The notes under the pieces are model-generated. The model worked only from the letters and a program-made list of their open reading frames with translations, did not search any database and was not told the DNA's origin. The position numbers and the translations under genes were made by a program. Below, one piece after another: positions 55,546 through 64,000 of a stretch of DNA of 64,000 nt. Each line of letters starts with the position of its first letter. Positions within the stretch are counted from its first letter, which is position 1. The DNA comes from an uncultured Verrucomicrobiota bacterium (lineage in GTDB: Bacteria; Verrucomicrobiota; Kiritimatiellia; CAIQIC01; Lenti-01), in assembly GCA_964647595.1 (NCBI GenBank), contig CAZYGH010000005.1, positions 34,961 to 98,960 on the forward strand, read 5' to 3'.

Positions 55546-57072
55546 ATGATGCCCGATTTCACGACATTGTTAATGGTGGTCGCCGTTGGAATGCTCGCAT
55601 GGGACTGCATCGAGGTCGGCAAAAATGATGCCGCCAACTTGATCAACGGCGTCTTCGGCGCGCGAGTTCTCACCCGCCGCACAGCCGTCTGGCTGGCGGG
55701 AATCGCTGTTCTGTTAGGCGCCACATTTGCGTCCCCCGTCATGGAAACCGCTCGCAAGGGAATCTTTGAACCCGGCCAACTCCAGCTCCATCAAGCCATG
55801 GTGGTTTACGTGTCCGCCTACATTGTGGATACCGCCTTGCTTCACGCCTATTCCGCCTATGGCATGCCCGTCAGCACCACGGCCTCGCTGATCTTTGAAT
55901 TGGTCGGCGCCTCCATCGGCGTGGCCCTCACGCTGGGTATCGTCCACTGGGACAAAGTCGCCTCCGTTCTGAACGCCATCGGCGTTTCCATCCTCCTCAG
56001 CGGCATCGCCGGATTCCTCGTGCAACGCATGTTCCGAGCAGCCATTCAAGACGAACACACCGACCACATGCGCGTACTATTGCATGGCCCATGGATTGCC
56101 GGGCTCATGCTCACATGGTTGTCGTGGTTCATGATTCTAAAGGGAATGAAGGCGGTTCCGATCGTTGCTGAATTTCGCCAACACATCGTCGAACGCCTCG
56201 GCATGGGTGGATTTCTACTAGTGGTTTGGGCCGCCATGACGTTGCTGGTCCACATGCTCGTCACCATTTTTCAGGAGCAACTCACCAAACGCCTATTCGG
56301 CATCCTCGCCATTCTCGGCATGTTATGCCTCGCCTTTGCATTCGGGCAAAACGATCTGGCCAACGGCGCTTCACCCGGCCTTTCCGCATTCTGGCTCTGG
56401 AAACATGCCGACATCAGCACCGCCGAGGCCAGCAAAATGGCCATCCCCATTTGGCTCTTGGCGCTGTGCGGATTCCTCATGGTACTGGGCATGAACACCA
56501 AAAGCGCCCAGCGCGTGACCCGCGCCGCCGTCAACACGGGCAGCCAATTCGACCACATTGCCCTCTATGCCCCCGGCTGGTGCAAAGCCATTGCACGAGG
56601 CTTGCTCCGCCTTCGCCCAGTGGGCCCCGACCTCGCCCCGCCACCCCAACTCACCGATCAGGGCAAGCGCCTTCACTTCGACCCCCTTCGCGCTGCTGTC
56701 ATCATGTCGGTCAGCGCCAGCGTAATCGCCTTTGCCTCCAGCAACGGATTTCCCGTTTCCACCACCTATGTCACCTTCGCTGCCGTGGTCGCCACTGGCA
56801 TGGGCGACCGCACCATGGCTCGCGGCGATGCCGACCTGAAAATCGGACGTGCCATATGGGTGGTCTTCAGTTGGTTCATCGGCGGATTCATTGCGCTCTT
56901 GGCTGCCGGCGGAGTAGCTTGGGTTTTATTGCACGCAGGTACCACCGGACTAATCTTGGGTCTAGGCGGCAATTTGGCTCTACGGGCCTACGTCAAGCGC
57001 AGGTCGGACCACCACGAACAGCAATATCACCCGCAAACGCCTCAAGAAATCGCACTCGAAACCAAAGAGTAG
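55546..57072 (+). CDS. Inorganic phosphate transporter, PiT family
   Basis: PHO4/PiT signature GKNDAANLI near the N-terminus and a second GQNDLANG repeat. About 12 TMs. Confidence 0.72.
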   Translation: MMPDFTTLLMVVAVGMLAWDCIEVGKNDAANLINGVFGARVLTRRTAVWLAGIAVLLGATFASPVMETARKGIFEPGQLQLHQAMVVYVSAYIVDTALLHAYSAYGMPVSTTASLIFELVGASIGVALTLGIVHWDKVASVLNAIGVSILLSGIAGFLVQRMFRAAIQDEHTDHMRVLLHGPWIAGLMLTWLSWFMILKGMKAVPIVAEFRQHIVERLGMGGFLLVVWAAMTLLVHMLVTIFQEQLTKRLFGILAILGMLCLAFAFGQNDLANGASPGLSAFWLWKHADISTAEASKMAIPIWLLALCGFLMVLGMNTKSAQRVTRAAVNTGSQFDHIALYAPGWCKAIARGLLRLRPVGPDLAPPPQLTDQGKRLHFDPLRAAVIMSVSASVIAFASSNGFPVSTTYVTFAAVVATGMGDRTMARGDADLKIGRAIWVVFSWFIGGFIALLAAGGVAWVLLHAGTTGLILGLGGNLALRAYVKRRSDHHEQQYHPQTPQEIALETKE

Positions 57073-57145
57073 CCGCACAAACCGCATCTTGGGTTCCGTT
57101 ATAGCCGCCTGCGTTAGGGGTCGGGATCGCCCCCCCCCTACGGAC

Positions 57146-58351
57146 TCAGCACTCCTTCAACAGCGTCGAGATCAAATCGCAAACCAGCGGCGGCTTTCCC
57201 TCCGTTGGCAAAAACTCGTCAAAGTTGGCCGACCGGATATCGGAGCACAAGCCCAGAGGCCCATCCACCCATGCAAAGGGAACCGGATCAGACGTATGCC
57301 CCCGCTTAATGATCGGAGTGCGGTGATCCGTGCACACAATCAATCGATAGGGTTGACCCTCTGCTTCCAGCGCAGCCCACACCGGAGCCACCACCTTGTG
57401 ATCGAAATTCTCGATGGACCGCACCTTTTCCTCTGCCATTCCCTTGTGGCCACACTCGTCAGGCGCTTCCACGTGCACATAAACAAAATCCGAGCGCCGC
57501 AAGCAATCGATGGCAGCATGCGCCTTGCCCTCATAGTCGGTATCGATCCAGCCAGTAGCCCCCGGCACACGGATCACTTCCAACCCACACAGAACGGCCA
57601 AACCGCGAACCAGATCCACGGCCGTAATCACACCCCCCTGCAGCCCATAGCGCTCCGGATAGGATTGAAGCGACATCGCCTTGCCATAACCCCACAACCA
57701 GATCTGCGTAGCCGGACGCTTCCCCTTCGCCACTCGGGCCAGATTCACCGGATGCGAGGTGAACACATGCCGCGACAGCTCCATGAGAGCTCGTGCCTCA
57801 TCTTGTCGAGGCCCCTTGGGAAGATAATCCGCAACAGGTTTCCCGGAAATTTCATGCGGCGGCATCACCACCAGCTCGGTGGGTCCATCGTGCCAAACCA
57901 GCAGATGACGATAACTCACGCCACCATGAAACTTCAGGCCAACTCGAGAAACCGCCGTGTTCAGCGCGGAAATGAGTTGATGAGCTTCCTCGCTGGAAAT
58001 ATCGCCAGCGGAATAGTCCAGCATTCGGCCATTTTCAATCGTCACCAGATTGGTTCGATAAGCCACATCCGCCGCCTGGAGAGGAAGTCGAGCTCCCGCC
58101 GCTTCGATCGCCGCCCGGCCCGTATAGTTCTCTAAGGCGTTATACCCCAGCAACCCCATGTTTGCCACATCACTACCTGGGGCAAGGCCATCTGGAACGG
58201 TATGAACCAATTGAACATGCCCCGAACCCGAGACGCGACGAATCGAGGGTATATCCGCCACTTGAAGAGGCGTTTTTCCGTGCAAAGCCGCCACCGGCTC
58301 ATCGCCCATACCATCGCCGACCAATACTGCTATTTTTCTTTTTGCGCTCAT
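57146..58351 (-). CDS. apgM: 2,3-bisphosphoglycerate-independent phosphoglycerate mutase, archaeal-type (ApgM family)
   Basis: N-terminus KIAVLVGDGMGDEP and the metalloenzyme-domain motifs typical of ApgM/cofactor-independent PGM are present. Confidence 0.78.
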   Translation of the reverse strand: MSAKRKIAVLVGDGMGDEPVAALHGKTPLQVADIPSIRRVSGSGHVQLVHTVPDGLAPGSDVANMGLLGYNALENYTGRAAIEAAGARLPLQAADVAYRTNLVTIENGRMLDYSAGDISSEEAHQLISALNTAVSRVGLKFHGGVSYRHLLVWHDGPTELVVMPPHEISGKPVADYLPKGPRQDEARALMELSRHVFTSHPVNLARVAKGKRPATQIWLWGYGKAMSLQSYPERYGLQGGVITAVDLVRGLAVLCGLEVIRVPGATGWIDTDYEGKAHAAIDCLRRSDFVYVHVEAPDECGHKGMAEEKVRSIENFDHKVVAPVWAALEAEGQPYRLIVCTDHRTPIIKRGHTSDPVPFAWVDGPLGLCSDIRSANFDEFLPTEGKPPLVCDLISTLLKEC

Positions 58352-58462
58352 TGAGGTGCCACCCTACCCGACCCGCCCTTGAAAATCAACCGCACGAAAC
58401 GGACATTTTTTGCCCCCCTACCCCACTTCCCTCACGAAAACCATCCCGCCCAAAACGGCTCT

Positions 58463-58480
58463 AGTTTTATAAAACAATAT
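58463..58480. promoter_or_regulatory. Palindromic site TAGTTTTATAAAACAATA upstream of apgM
   Basis: Identical 18-mer to 55410-55427, about 110 bp upstream of the apgM start on the minus strand. Confidence 0.45.
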
Positions 58481-58524
58481 CCCTTTTCTCCCCCTCCCCC
58501 ACCGACCCAAACAACGAAAAATGT

Positions 58525-59109
58525 TCAGCCTACTCCCTGACTCAGGGCCTCGAGGGTCACGCTCTCCCATCCCGGCAAGGCCAGACAGTGCTCCACAATC
58601 AGGGCGCTGGCAAAGGCGTCAAAGAGCGCATCGTGCCAACTTCGACCCGGACAAAACGCTCGGGCACGAGCTGTCAGCCCCATGGCTTCGCAGACTTCGG
58701 CAAGCGAATGACCATCCAAATCAGGACGGGCGTGACGTGCCAATTTTAAAGTGTCAATCCATGGTCCCAGTTTGTGCATGGGTGCGGCACGGCGAAGAAT
58801 TTTTTTTTCCGTCCCCATGTTATGCGCAACCAGTGGCCGCCCTTCCAGCCAAGGCCGCCATTCCGGCCACAGATCGGCCATCTCTGGCGCGCCCGCCAAA
58901 AGCGTACGGATTTCGGCGTGGCGCCCCGGTGCATAGGGATTAAAAGGACGATCCGCACGCACGTGTAACCAATTTTCATGAAACCGGCCCGTCACACACC
59001 CCCCCTGCATCTCCACAAAAGCCACCTGCCAAGGCTCGTCGGGATGTCCACGCACGATGCCCGTCGACTCAAAATCCAGCACGGTCAACATGACATCCCG
59101 AACATTCAT
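58525..59109 (-). CDS. DEDDh 3'-5' exonuclease (DnaQ/epsilon-like)
   Basis: Exo I motif VLDFESTG, exo II AHN, and exo III HDALFDA are present. Confidence 0.75.
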   Translation of the reverse strand: MNVRDVMLTVLDFESTGIVRGHPDEPWQVAFVEMQGGCVTGRFHENWLHVRADRPFNPYAPGRHAEIRTLLAGAPEMADLWPEWRPWLEGRPLVAHNMGTEKKILRRAAPMHKLGPWIDTLKLARHARPDLDGHSLAEVCEAMGLTARARAFCPGRSWHDALFDAFASALIVEHCLALPGWESVTLEALSQGVG

Positions 59110-60992
59110 TTCACTGGCGAGGATAGCGCCTTTTCCAATTCAGACAAAATCTCGCCAAACTCGGCAAAGGCTTCGCGCAACACACCCGCATCGCGCAAAT
59201 CCACACCCGCAGCCGCTACCGCGTCCAATGGATCGCAACTGCCTCCCGCGCGCAACAATCCCAAATAGGCATCCACGCCTTCCCCCGCCCGAATGCGGCG
59301 CGAAAAAATCAAAGCAGCGCAAAAGCTGGTGGCATATTTGTAAACGTAAAAATCGTAATAGAAGTGCGGAATCCGGCACCACTCCCATGCAATGGAGGCA
59401 TGAGCCTGAATCCCTTCTCCGTAATACTTTTTGTTTAATTCGTAATACTGCTCCCGAAGAAACTCTGCGGTCAGCGGCGTCCCCTCCTCCTCCCAGCGGT
59501 GCAACTCGCGTTCGAACTCCGCAAACATGGTCTGTCGAAAAATAGTTCCCTTGAAGGAATCACACAGGTGGTTCAGCAAATGCGCCCGCATGGATAAATC
59601 CTGCCGGGGACGGCCCAGCAAATTGTGAGTCAACAGGAGCTCGTTCACCGTAGACGCAATTTCCGCCAAAAAGATCGGATAATGCGCCATGCGATGCGGC
59701 TGAGTCTGATTCGCCATCCACGTGTGGAGAGAATGCCCCAGCTCATGCGCAAGCGTAAAGGCGTCATCCAGACGGTCGTGGTGATTCAATAACAAATAGG
59801 GGGGACTGTCGTAGCAGCCGCTGGAATAGGCGCCCGACCGTTTGCCTTTGTTTTCAGGCCAATCAATCCATCGCGCCGAAAAGGCGGTTCGCAACGCATT
59901 TCCATATTCCGCCCCCAACGGGCGACACGCCTCCATCACCCATTCCCGGGCCTGCTCCATCGATACCTTTTCTGAACACGACGGCACCAGCGGCGCATAT
60001 AGGTCATACATATCCAAATCCGTCAGCCCCAACGTACGCTTGCGCACCTCCAAATACCGATGAAACAGCGGAAGCGCATCGTGCGTGGCACCGATCAAGC
60101 CCTCATAAACCGACTCCGGAACTTGATCATCAAAAAGCGCAGCTTCCAATGACGAAGGAAAGTTCCGCACGTGGGCCATGTAGACATGAGCCTTCACAGT
60201 AGACGACAAGGTCGAGGCCAACGTGTTCTGCCATTTTCCATAGGTGCCTAGCAACGTCTCAAACGCCGCTTTGCGCACGCTTCGGTCCGGATTCTCCAAA
60301 TAGGTTCGATAGCTTCCCTCGGTCAGAGGCAAAGGTTTTCCATCGGCCCCCGCAATGTCCGGAAACGTCATGTCGGCATTCGTCAACAGGCCATAGGTCT
60401 GCTCGGACGCGGACAACACTTCAGCAGCGCGTGCCAGCAATGTTTCCTCGGCGGAAGACAAAATATGCGGCTTATTCCGCAGCACTTTCAGCAGACTGCG
60501 CCGACACGAAGCCAACTCCGGCGCCTCCATCCACGCGCGAATCTCCTCCTCCGGATGCGACAACAGCTCCGGCGTAATCCAGGCACATTCAGCCGCAATT
60601 TCCGCATAGCGGGCTCGAATGCGCGCATCGCGGGCCTGAGCCTCTGGCAACGCTGTATCTTCATCGTGGCGCAAATGCGCAAAGGTGTGGAGCCGCTCCA
60701 ACAGGCGATCCAGGTTCGTTTCCGCCTCCATCAAGCGCGCAACCGCAGTCGCAGAATCCAGCTTTCCTTTCATCACCAGCACAGGTGCAACCACTTCGTC
60801 CAAGCGCGCGAAATCGGCATCCCACGCTTCGGAAGAGGTATAAAGGGGCTTCAAATCCCATGTCAGCGTCTCGGGCACATCGCTTCGGGCAGGAACAGCA
60901 GAAGATTCAAGTGTTGATTTCATACCCTTACACTCCACAAAACAACCGCTCTCTTCAAGAAAAGACATCTTCGGCTTTGGCAACCGCACCAC
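59106..60992 (-). CDS. pepF: Oligoendopeptidase F (M3 family)
   Basis: HELGHSLH zinc-binding motif; size and overall pattern match M3B PepF. Confidence 0.85.
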   Translation of the reverse strand: MVRLPKPKMSFLEESGCFVECKGMKSTLESSAVPARSDVPETLTWDLKPLYTSSEAWDADFARLDEVVAPVLVMKGKLDSATAVARLMEAETNLDRLLERLHTFAHLRHDEDTALPEAQARDARIRARYAEIAAECAWITPELLSHPEEEIRAWMEAPELASCRRSLLKVLRNKPHILSSAEETLLARAAEVLSASEQTYGLLTNADMTFPDIAGADGKPLPLTEGSYRTYLENPDRSVRKAAFETLLGTYGKWQNTLASTLSSTVKAHVYMAHVRNFPSSLEAALFDDQVPESVYEGLIGATHDALPLFHRYLEVRKRTLGLTDLDMYDLYAPLVPSCSEKVSMEQAREWVMEACRPLGAEYGNALRTAFSARWIDWPENKGKRSGAYSSGCYDSPPYLLLNHHDRLDDAFTLAHELGHSLHTWMANQTQPHRMAHYPIFLAEIASTVNELLLTHNLLGRPRQDLSMRAHLLNHLCDSFKGTIFRQTMFAEFERELHRWEEEGTPLTAEFLREQYYELNKKYYGEGIQAHASIAWEWCRIPHFYYDFYVYKYATSFCAALIFSRRIRAGEGVDAYLGLLRAGGSCDPLDAVAAAGVDLRDAGVLREAFAEFGEILSELEKALSSPVK

Positions 60993-61012
60993 AATGACCT
61001 ATTCTATCCCGC

Positions 61013-63025
61013 ATGAAAAAACTTTTTCGCTTCATGGGTTGGTTGATCGCCTTGGCCATTTTGCTCGGCGTCGCGGGCCATTTCACACTCCGCCATGCCC
61101 TCAACACGCCGAAGTTCAAGGCCGCCGCAACCGGGTTCATCGAGCGCTCCATTGGCCGAAGCGCCGAATACGACACCATCGACTATTCCCTTTTCCCTTT
61201 TTCCCTCATCGTGAAAAATGCCGTCCTTAAGGAGAAAAATCCTTCGCAAAATTTCGCGTCGATGAAGGATCTCAGCTTCTTCGTTGATTTTAAAACCAAG
61301 GAAGTCACCTCCATCCTCTTGGAACAGCCCACCATCCGCATCGTTCAACACCCCGATGGCACGTACAATTTCTCCGATCTCTTCCCCTCCCCGCCAACCG
61401 AACCCGCGACTCCCCAGACAGAACCCTCCACCACTCCTTCCACACCCTCCAAGCCCGTCCCCGCCCCGCCTCCACCCGCAGATCCCTTCTCCATTCGCCT
61501 CGTGCAAATCGAAAACGCACAGGTTGAATTCATTGCCCTGGACGAAGAAAACAACGAGGAAAGTTTCGTTCTCTCCAACATCGATTTCCAACTCAACGAT
61601 TTCGCCCCCGACCGCCCCTTTCACATGAACGGAAGCGCCACCTTGGGAAAAACCTCCTCCTTGCAATTCGAACTCTCCGGCCCCGCCCTTGCGGCATATG
61701 CCCACCGCATGGGCGCATGGCCCATCGCCTTCGGCAGCCGCCTCGACATCGGTAATTTCGCGGATCTGAAAGCCTTCTTGCCACCCGAAACACTGCCCTT
61801 CGAAAGCCTGTGGATGACCCTGAATATTCAAGGCTCGATCACCGACAAGCTCTCCATCCTCCTCCACATCAAAACGCCCGACGCCACAGAAACGCACCCC
61901 GTTTCGCTCGATGTTGGATTCCACGCCGACCTTTCGCTTCCCGAACTCATCGCCCAGCATCTGCTCGCTGGAACACCCCTTCCCGAATCGTTGTCACCCG
62001 CCCCCCCCACCGCCTTCCCCTGCACCCCGCCACCCGGCGCGATTGCCTTGACAGACAACCCCACGCTTGCGCTTCTTCTTCAACACCTGCAGGCCACGTT
62101 GGAACTCACCTTCCCTGCAATGGCCTACGCCAACAACCGTTTCACCGACGGCTCGATCTCGGCTTTCTTGCGAAGCGGCGTGCTAACCATCCCGCATGCA
62201 AAATTATCCGCCTATGGCGGAACGCTGGACGCCCGTGGAAACGCGCAATTATTGGCATGCCCGTTGTCCTATCGGCTCGATCGTCTCGTCGCCGACCGAG
62301 TCGAAATCAAACAAGCCTTGGATGCCAACGGGCTCCGTGATCTGGCCAATATCTCAGGCCTGATTCATGTGGAAGGAAGCCTTTCCGGTCATGCCGTCGC
62401 CGAGCCCAGCCTGCGCTCCTTGGAAGCAGAAACCAGCCTTCGCATCGACCACTTGCAATCCGTCGGAACCGGCGGTTCCCTCATGGATCAGGTGTGGGTG
62501 AAACTCGACCACCCCCTCCTTCTTAAACTGCTACCGCACCTCCAGCCCAAGGTCGACCAAGCCAAACAAACCACCTCCACCATCTCCACCTCGCACTATG
62601 ACGAGGCCACGGCCACCTTGGTTCTCCACAATGGGAAAGCCTCCCTTTCCGGCACACGCCTCTCCATGCCCGGCTATCGCCTCGACCTCTCCGGCGCCAT
62701 ATTCCCCTTCGACGACCGGATGGATCTATCCGCCCATTTGGTCGCCTCCCCCGAAGAGACCGCGCACCTCACCGACGGCAAAGACCTCTCCGCCTATCTG
62801 CCCTATGAAAAGGGAAGCCTCACCATACCCCTCTTCATTCAAGGTCCCCTGCAAAACCCAAGGGTTCTACCCGACTTCGACCTGCTCCTCAAAAATGCTC
62901 TGAACGCCACCGTAGGACAAGACATCGGAAACCACCTCAACAACCTGTCGGATTCCGATAAAAAAAATGTGCAGCAAGGCTTGCAAGTTTTGCAAGGCAT
63001 CGGATCCCTCTTCCTCAAGCCATAA
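61013..63025 (+). CDS. AsmA-family outer-membrane biogenesis protein
   Basis: N-terminal TM anchor (FMGWLIALAILLGVAGHF) followed by a long beta-rich periplasmic region, in an AsmA-like arrangement. Confidence 0.65.
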   Translation: MKKLFRFMGWLIALAILLGVAGHFTLRHALNTPKFKAAATGFIERSIGRSAEYDTIDYSLFPFSLIVKNAVLKEKNPSQNFASMKDLSFFVDFKTKEVTSILLEQPTIRIVQHPDGTYNFSDLFPSPPTEPATPQTEPSTTPSTPSKPVPAPPPPADPFSIRLVQIENAQVEFIALDEENNEESFVLSNIDFQLNDFAPDRPFHMNGSATLGKTSSLQFELSGPALAAYAHRMGAWPIAFGSRLDIGNFADLKAFLPPETLPFESLWMTLNIQGSITDKLSILLHIKTPDATETHPVSLDVGFHADLSLPELIAQHLLAGTPLPESLSPAPPTAFPCTPPPGAIALTDNPTLALLLQHLQATLELTFPAMAYANNRFTDGSISAFLRSGVLTIPHAKLSAYGGTLDARGNAQLLACPLSYRLDRLVADRVEIKQALDANGLRDLANISGLIHVEGSLSGHAVAEPSLRSLEAETSLRIDHLQSVGTGGSLMDQVWVKLDHPLLLKLLPHLQPKVDQAKQTTSTISTSHYDEATATLVLHNGKASLSGTRLSMPGYRLDLSGAIFPFDDRMDLSAHLVASPEETAHLTDGKDLSAYLPYEKGSLTIPLFIQGPLQNPRVLPDFDLLLKNALNATVGQDIGNHLNNLSDSDKKNVQQGLQVLQGIGSLFLKP

Positions 63026-63118
63026 GGCCCCATTTTCAGGTTTGACGGCCCCACCCCCACGGGCCTATTCTTCACCTACTGTGTTTTGTTAATATGCTTT
63101 TGCCCCAAGGAGTGCCTC

Positions 63119-64000
63119 ATGGAAGAAATCACATTGGAACAAGTCCCCCGCAAAGTCCGCGATCTCTTTGAAAAGGCCATGGCCGCCCTCGAACGCGGCA
63201 ACGCTGGCTATGCGCTCGATATGCTCAAACAGGTGATTGCGGTCGAACCTCGCTTCCTCTTGGCACGTAAGAATCTGCGCATCGCCCAAGTCAAGGCCTT
63301 CATGGCCAGCAAACCCACCGCCATGACCCACCAAATGGCCTCTCTCAAAGGCACCTTCACCATGATGAGCGCCCAAGGTAAGCTCAAGAAGGACCCCAAG
63401 GCCGCCTTAGACGGTGCCGAAAAACTCCTCGAACTGGATCCCCTCAACCTCCCCTTCTTGAAATTTTTTGCCCAAGCCTCCGAAGCCGCCAGCCTTCCCG
63501 AAGTCGCCGTCCAAACGCTGGAAATCGCCAAGCCCTATTTTGCCAAAGACGTCGTGTTTCTGCGACTCCTCGCCCGCCTCTACATCGAAACCAATCAGCC
63601 GGCCGGCGCTCGCGACTGCTACACCGCCGTTGCCGAACTTCTTCCCAACGATCAAGTCGCCATCAAAAATCTGAAGGATGCCGCCGCTCTCGATAGCATG
63701 AAGACCGGCGGTTGGGAGCAAAAAGGTAGCTTCCGCGACAAACTTAAAGATAAGAAAGAAGCCATCCTGCTGGAACAACAAGCCAAGTCCGTCAAGGGCG
63801 ATTCCGATGTGGACACGCTCATTTCCGAGCGCCTGAAAGACATCCAGCGCGAACCCCAGAACATGAACTTCCGCCGCGCCTTGGCCGATCTCTATGTGCG
63901 CGCCGAACGCTTCGACGATGCCCTGCAAGCCCTCGAGGACGCCACCAAAGCCGCCGGTCGCGCCGACCCCCAAATCGAACGCACCGTTTCGCTCATCAAA
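63119..64000 (+). CDS. TPR-repeat protein (3' end outside window)
   Basis: ATG at 63119 preceded by aaggag; frame stays open to the window end; helical-repeat composition. Confidence 0.5.
   Translation, partial: MEEITLEQVPRKVRDLFEKAMAALERGNAGYALDMLKQVIAVEPRFLLARKNLRIAQVKAFMASKPTAMTHQMASLKGTFTMMSAQGKLKKDPKAALDGAEKLLELDPLNLPFLKFFAQASEAASLPEVAVQTLEIAKPYFAKDVVFLRLLARLYIETNQPAGARDCYTAVAELLPNDQVAIKNLKDAAALDSMKTGGWEQKGSFRDKLKDKKEAILLEQQAKSVKGDSDVDTLISERLKDIQREPQNMNFRRALADLYVRAERFDDALQALEDATKAAGRADPQIERTVSLIK

Noticed and set aside
57129-57138. C9-10 homopolymer between PiT and apgM (both 3' ends)
   Set aside because: Intergenic between convergent genes, so a length change would not alter any reading frame. 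Noted only as part of the poly-C observation.
61004-61960. 318-aa minus-strand ORF overlapping asmA
   Set aside because: Gly/Glu-rich antisense shadow of the AsmA gene.
63026-63118. GGCCCCACCCCCACGGGCC hairpin after asmA as an intrinsic terminator
   Set aside because: The stem is short and not followed by a clear T-tract. Too weak to annotate.

Overview
High-GC bacterial window from a diderm (LptE-, BamD-, AsmA-, TolC-like genes present). About 65 protein-coding genes, no rRNA/tRNA/CRISPR recognised. From 5' to 3':

- **1-9.4 kb, flagellar operon:** Firmicute/spirochaete-type order fliI(partial)-fliJ-ylxF/motE-like-fliK-flgD-flgE-flbD-motA-motB-motB'-fliL-fliM-fliN.
- **9.5-16.2 kb, nonulosonic-acid (pseudaminic-type) glycosylation island directly after fliN:** pseF, pseG, pseI, an ATP-grasp enzyme, a HAD hydrolase / CDP-alcohol phosphatidyltransferase / TagD-like cytidylyltransferase triad, and a GT8 glycosyltransferase.
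- **16.2-21.9 kb, two-component cluster:** a sensor kinase with three tandem solute-binding domains, two stand-alone receiver proteins, an Hpt protein, and a membrane-anchored S1/P1-like nuclease carrying a C10 tract.
- **21.9-27.5 kb, truncated dcw cluster:** mraZ-orf-rsmH-ftsL-ftsI-murE.
- **27.7-28.8 kb:** hypA-hypB.
- **28.9-30.9 kb:** methyltransferase + MFS operon.
- **32.2-34.7 kb:** ComEC.
- **35.8-40.3 kb:** TolC/ABC-2/ABC/HlyD export system.
- **40.3-64 kb, housekeeping and other genes:** nadE, a DTW protein, a GHKL-HDOD protein, a secreted endonuclease-I family nuclease, cheX, uppP, serA, bamD-like, lptE-like, hisF-hisI, a prepilin-like gene, cutA, a PiT phosphate transporter, apgM, a DnaQ-like exonuclease, pepF, asmA, and TPR proteins.

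Beyond the genes, three non-coding repeat families stand out:

1. A roughly 75-bp composite element made of three spaced palindromes of the TTTTCCACAGTGTGGAAAA type. It occurs three times, in both orientations, always at convergent gene junctions.
2. A roughly 125-bp long-hairpin MITE/REP-like element, present twice; one copy extends the cutA ORF.
3. An 18-bp palindrome, TAGTTTTATAAAACAATA, in the promoter regions of PiT/cutA and apgM.

All functional calls are from reading the sequence by eye against remembered family motifs. No searches were run.
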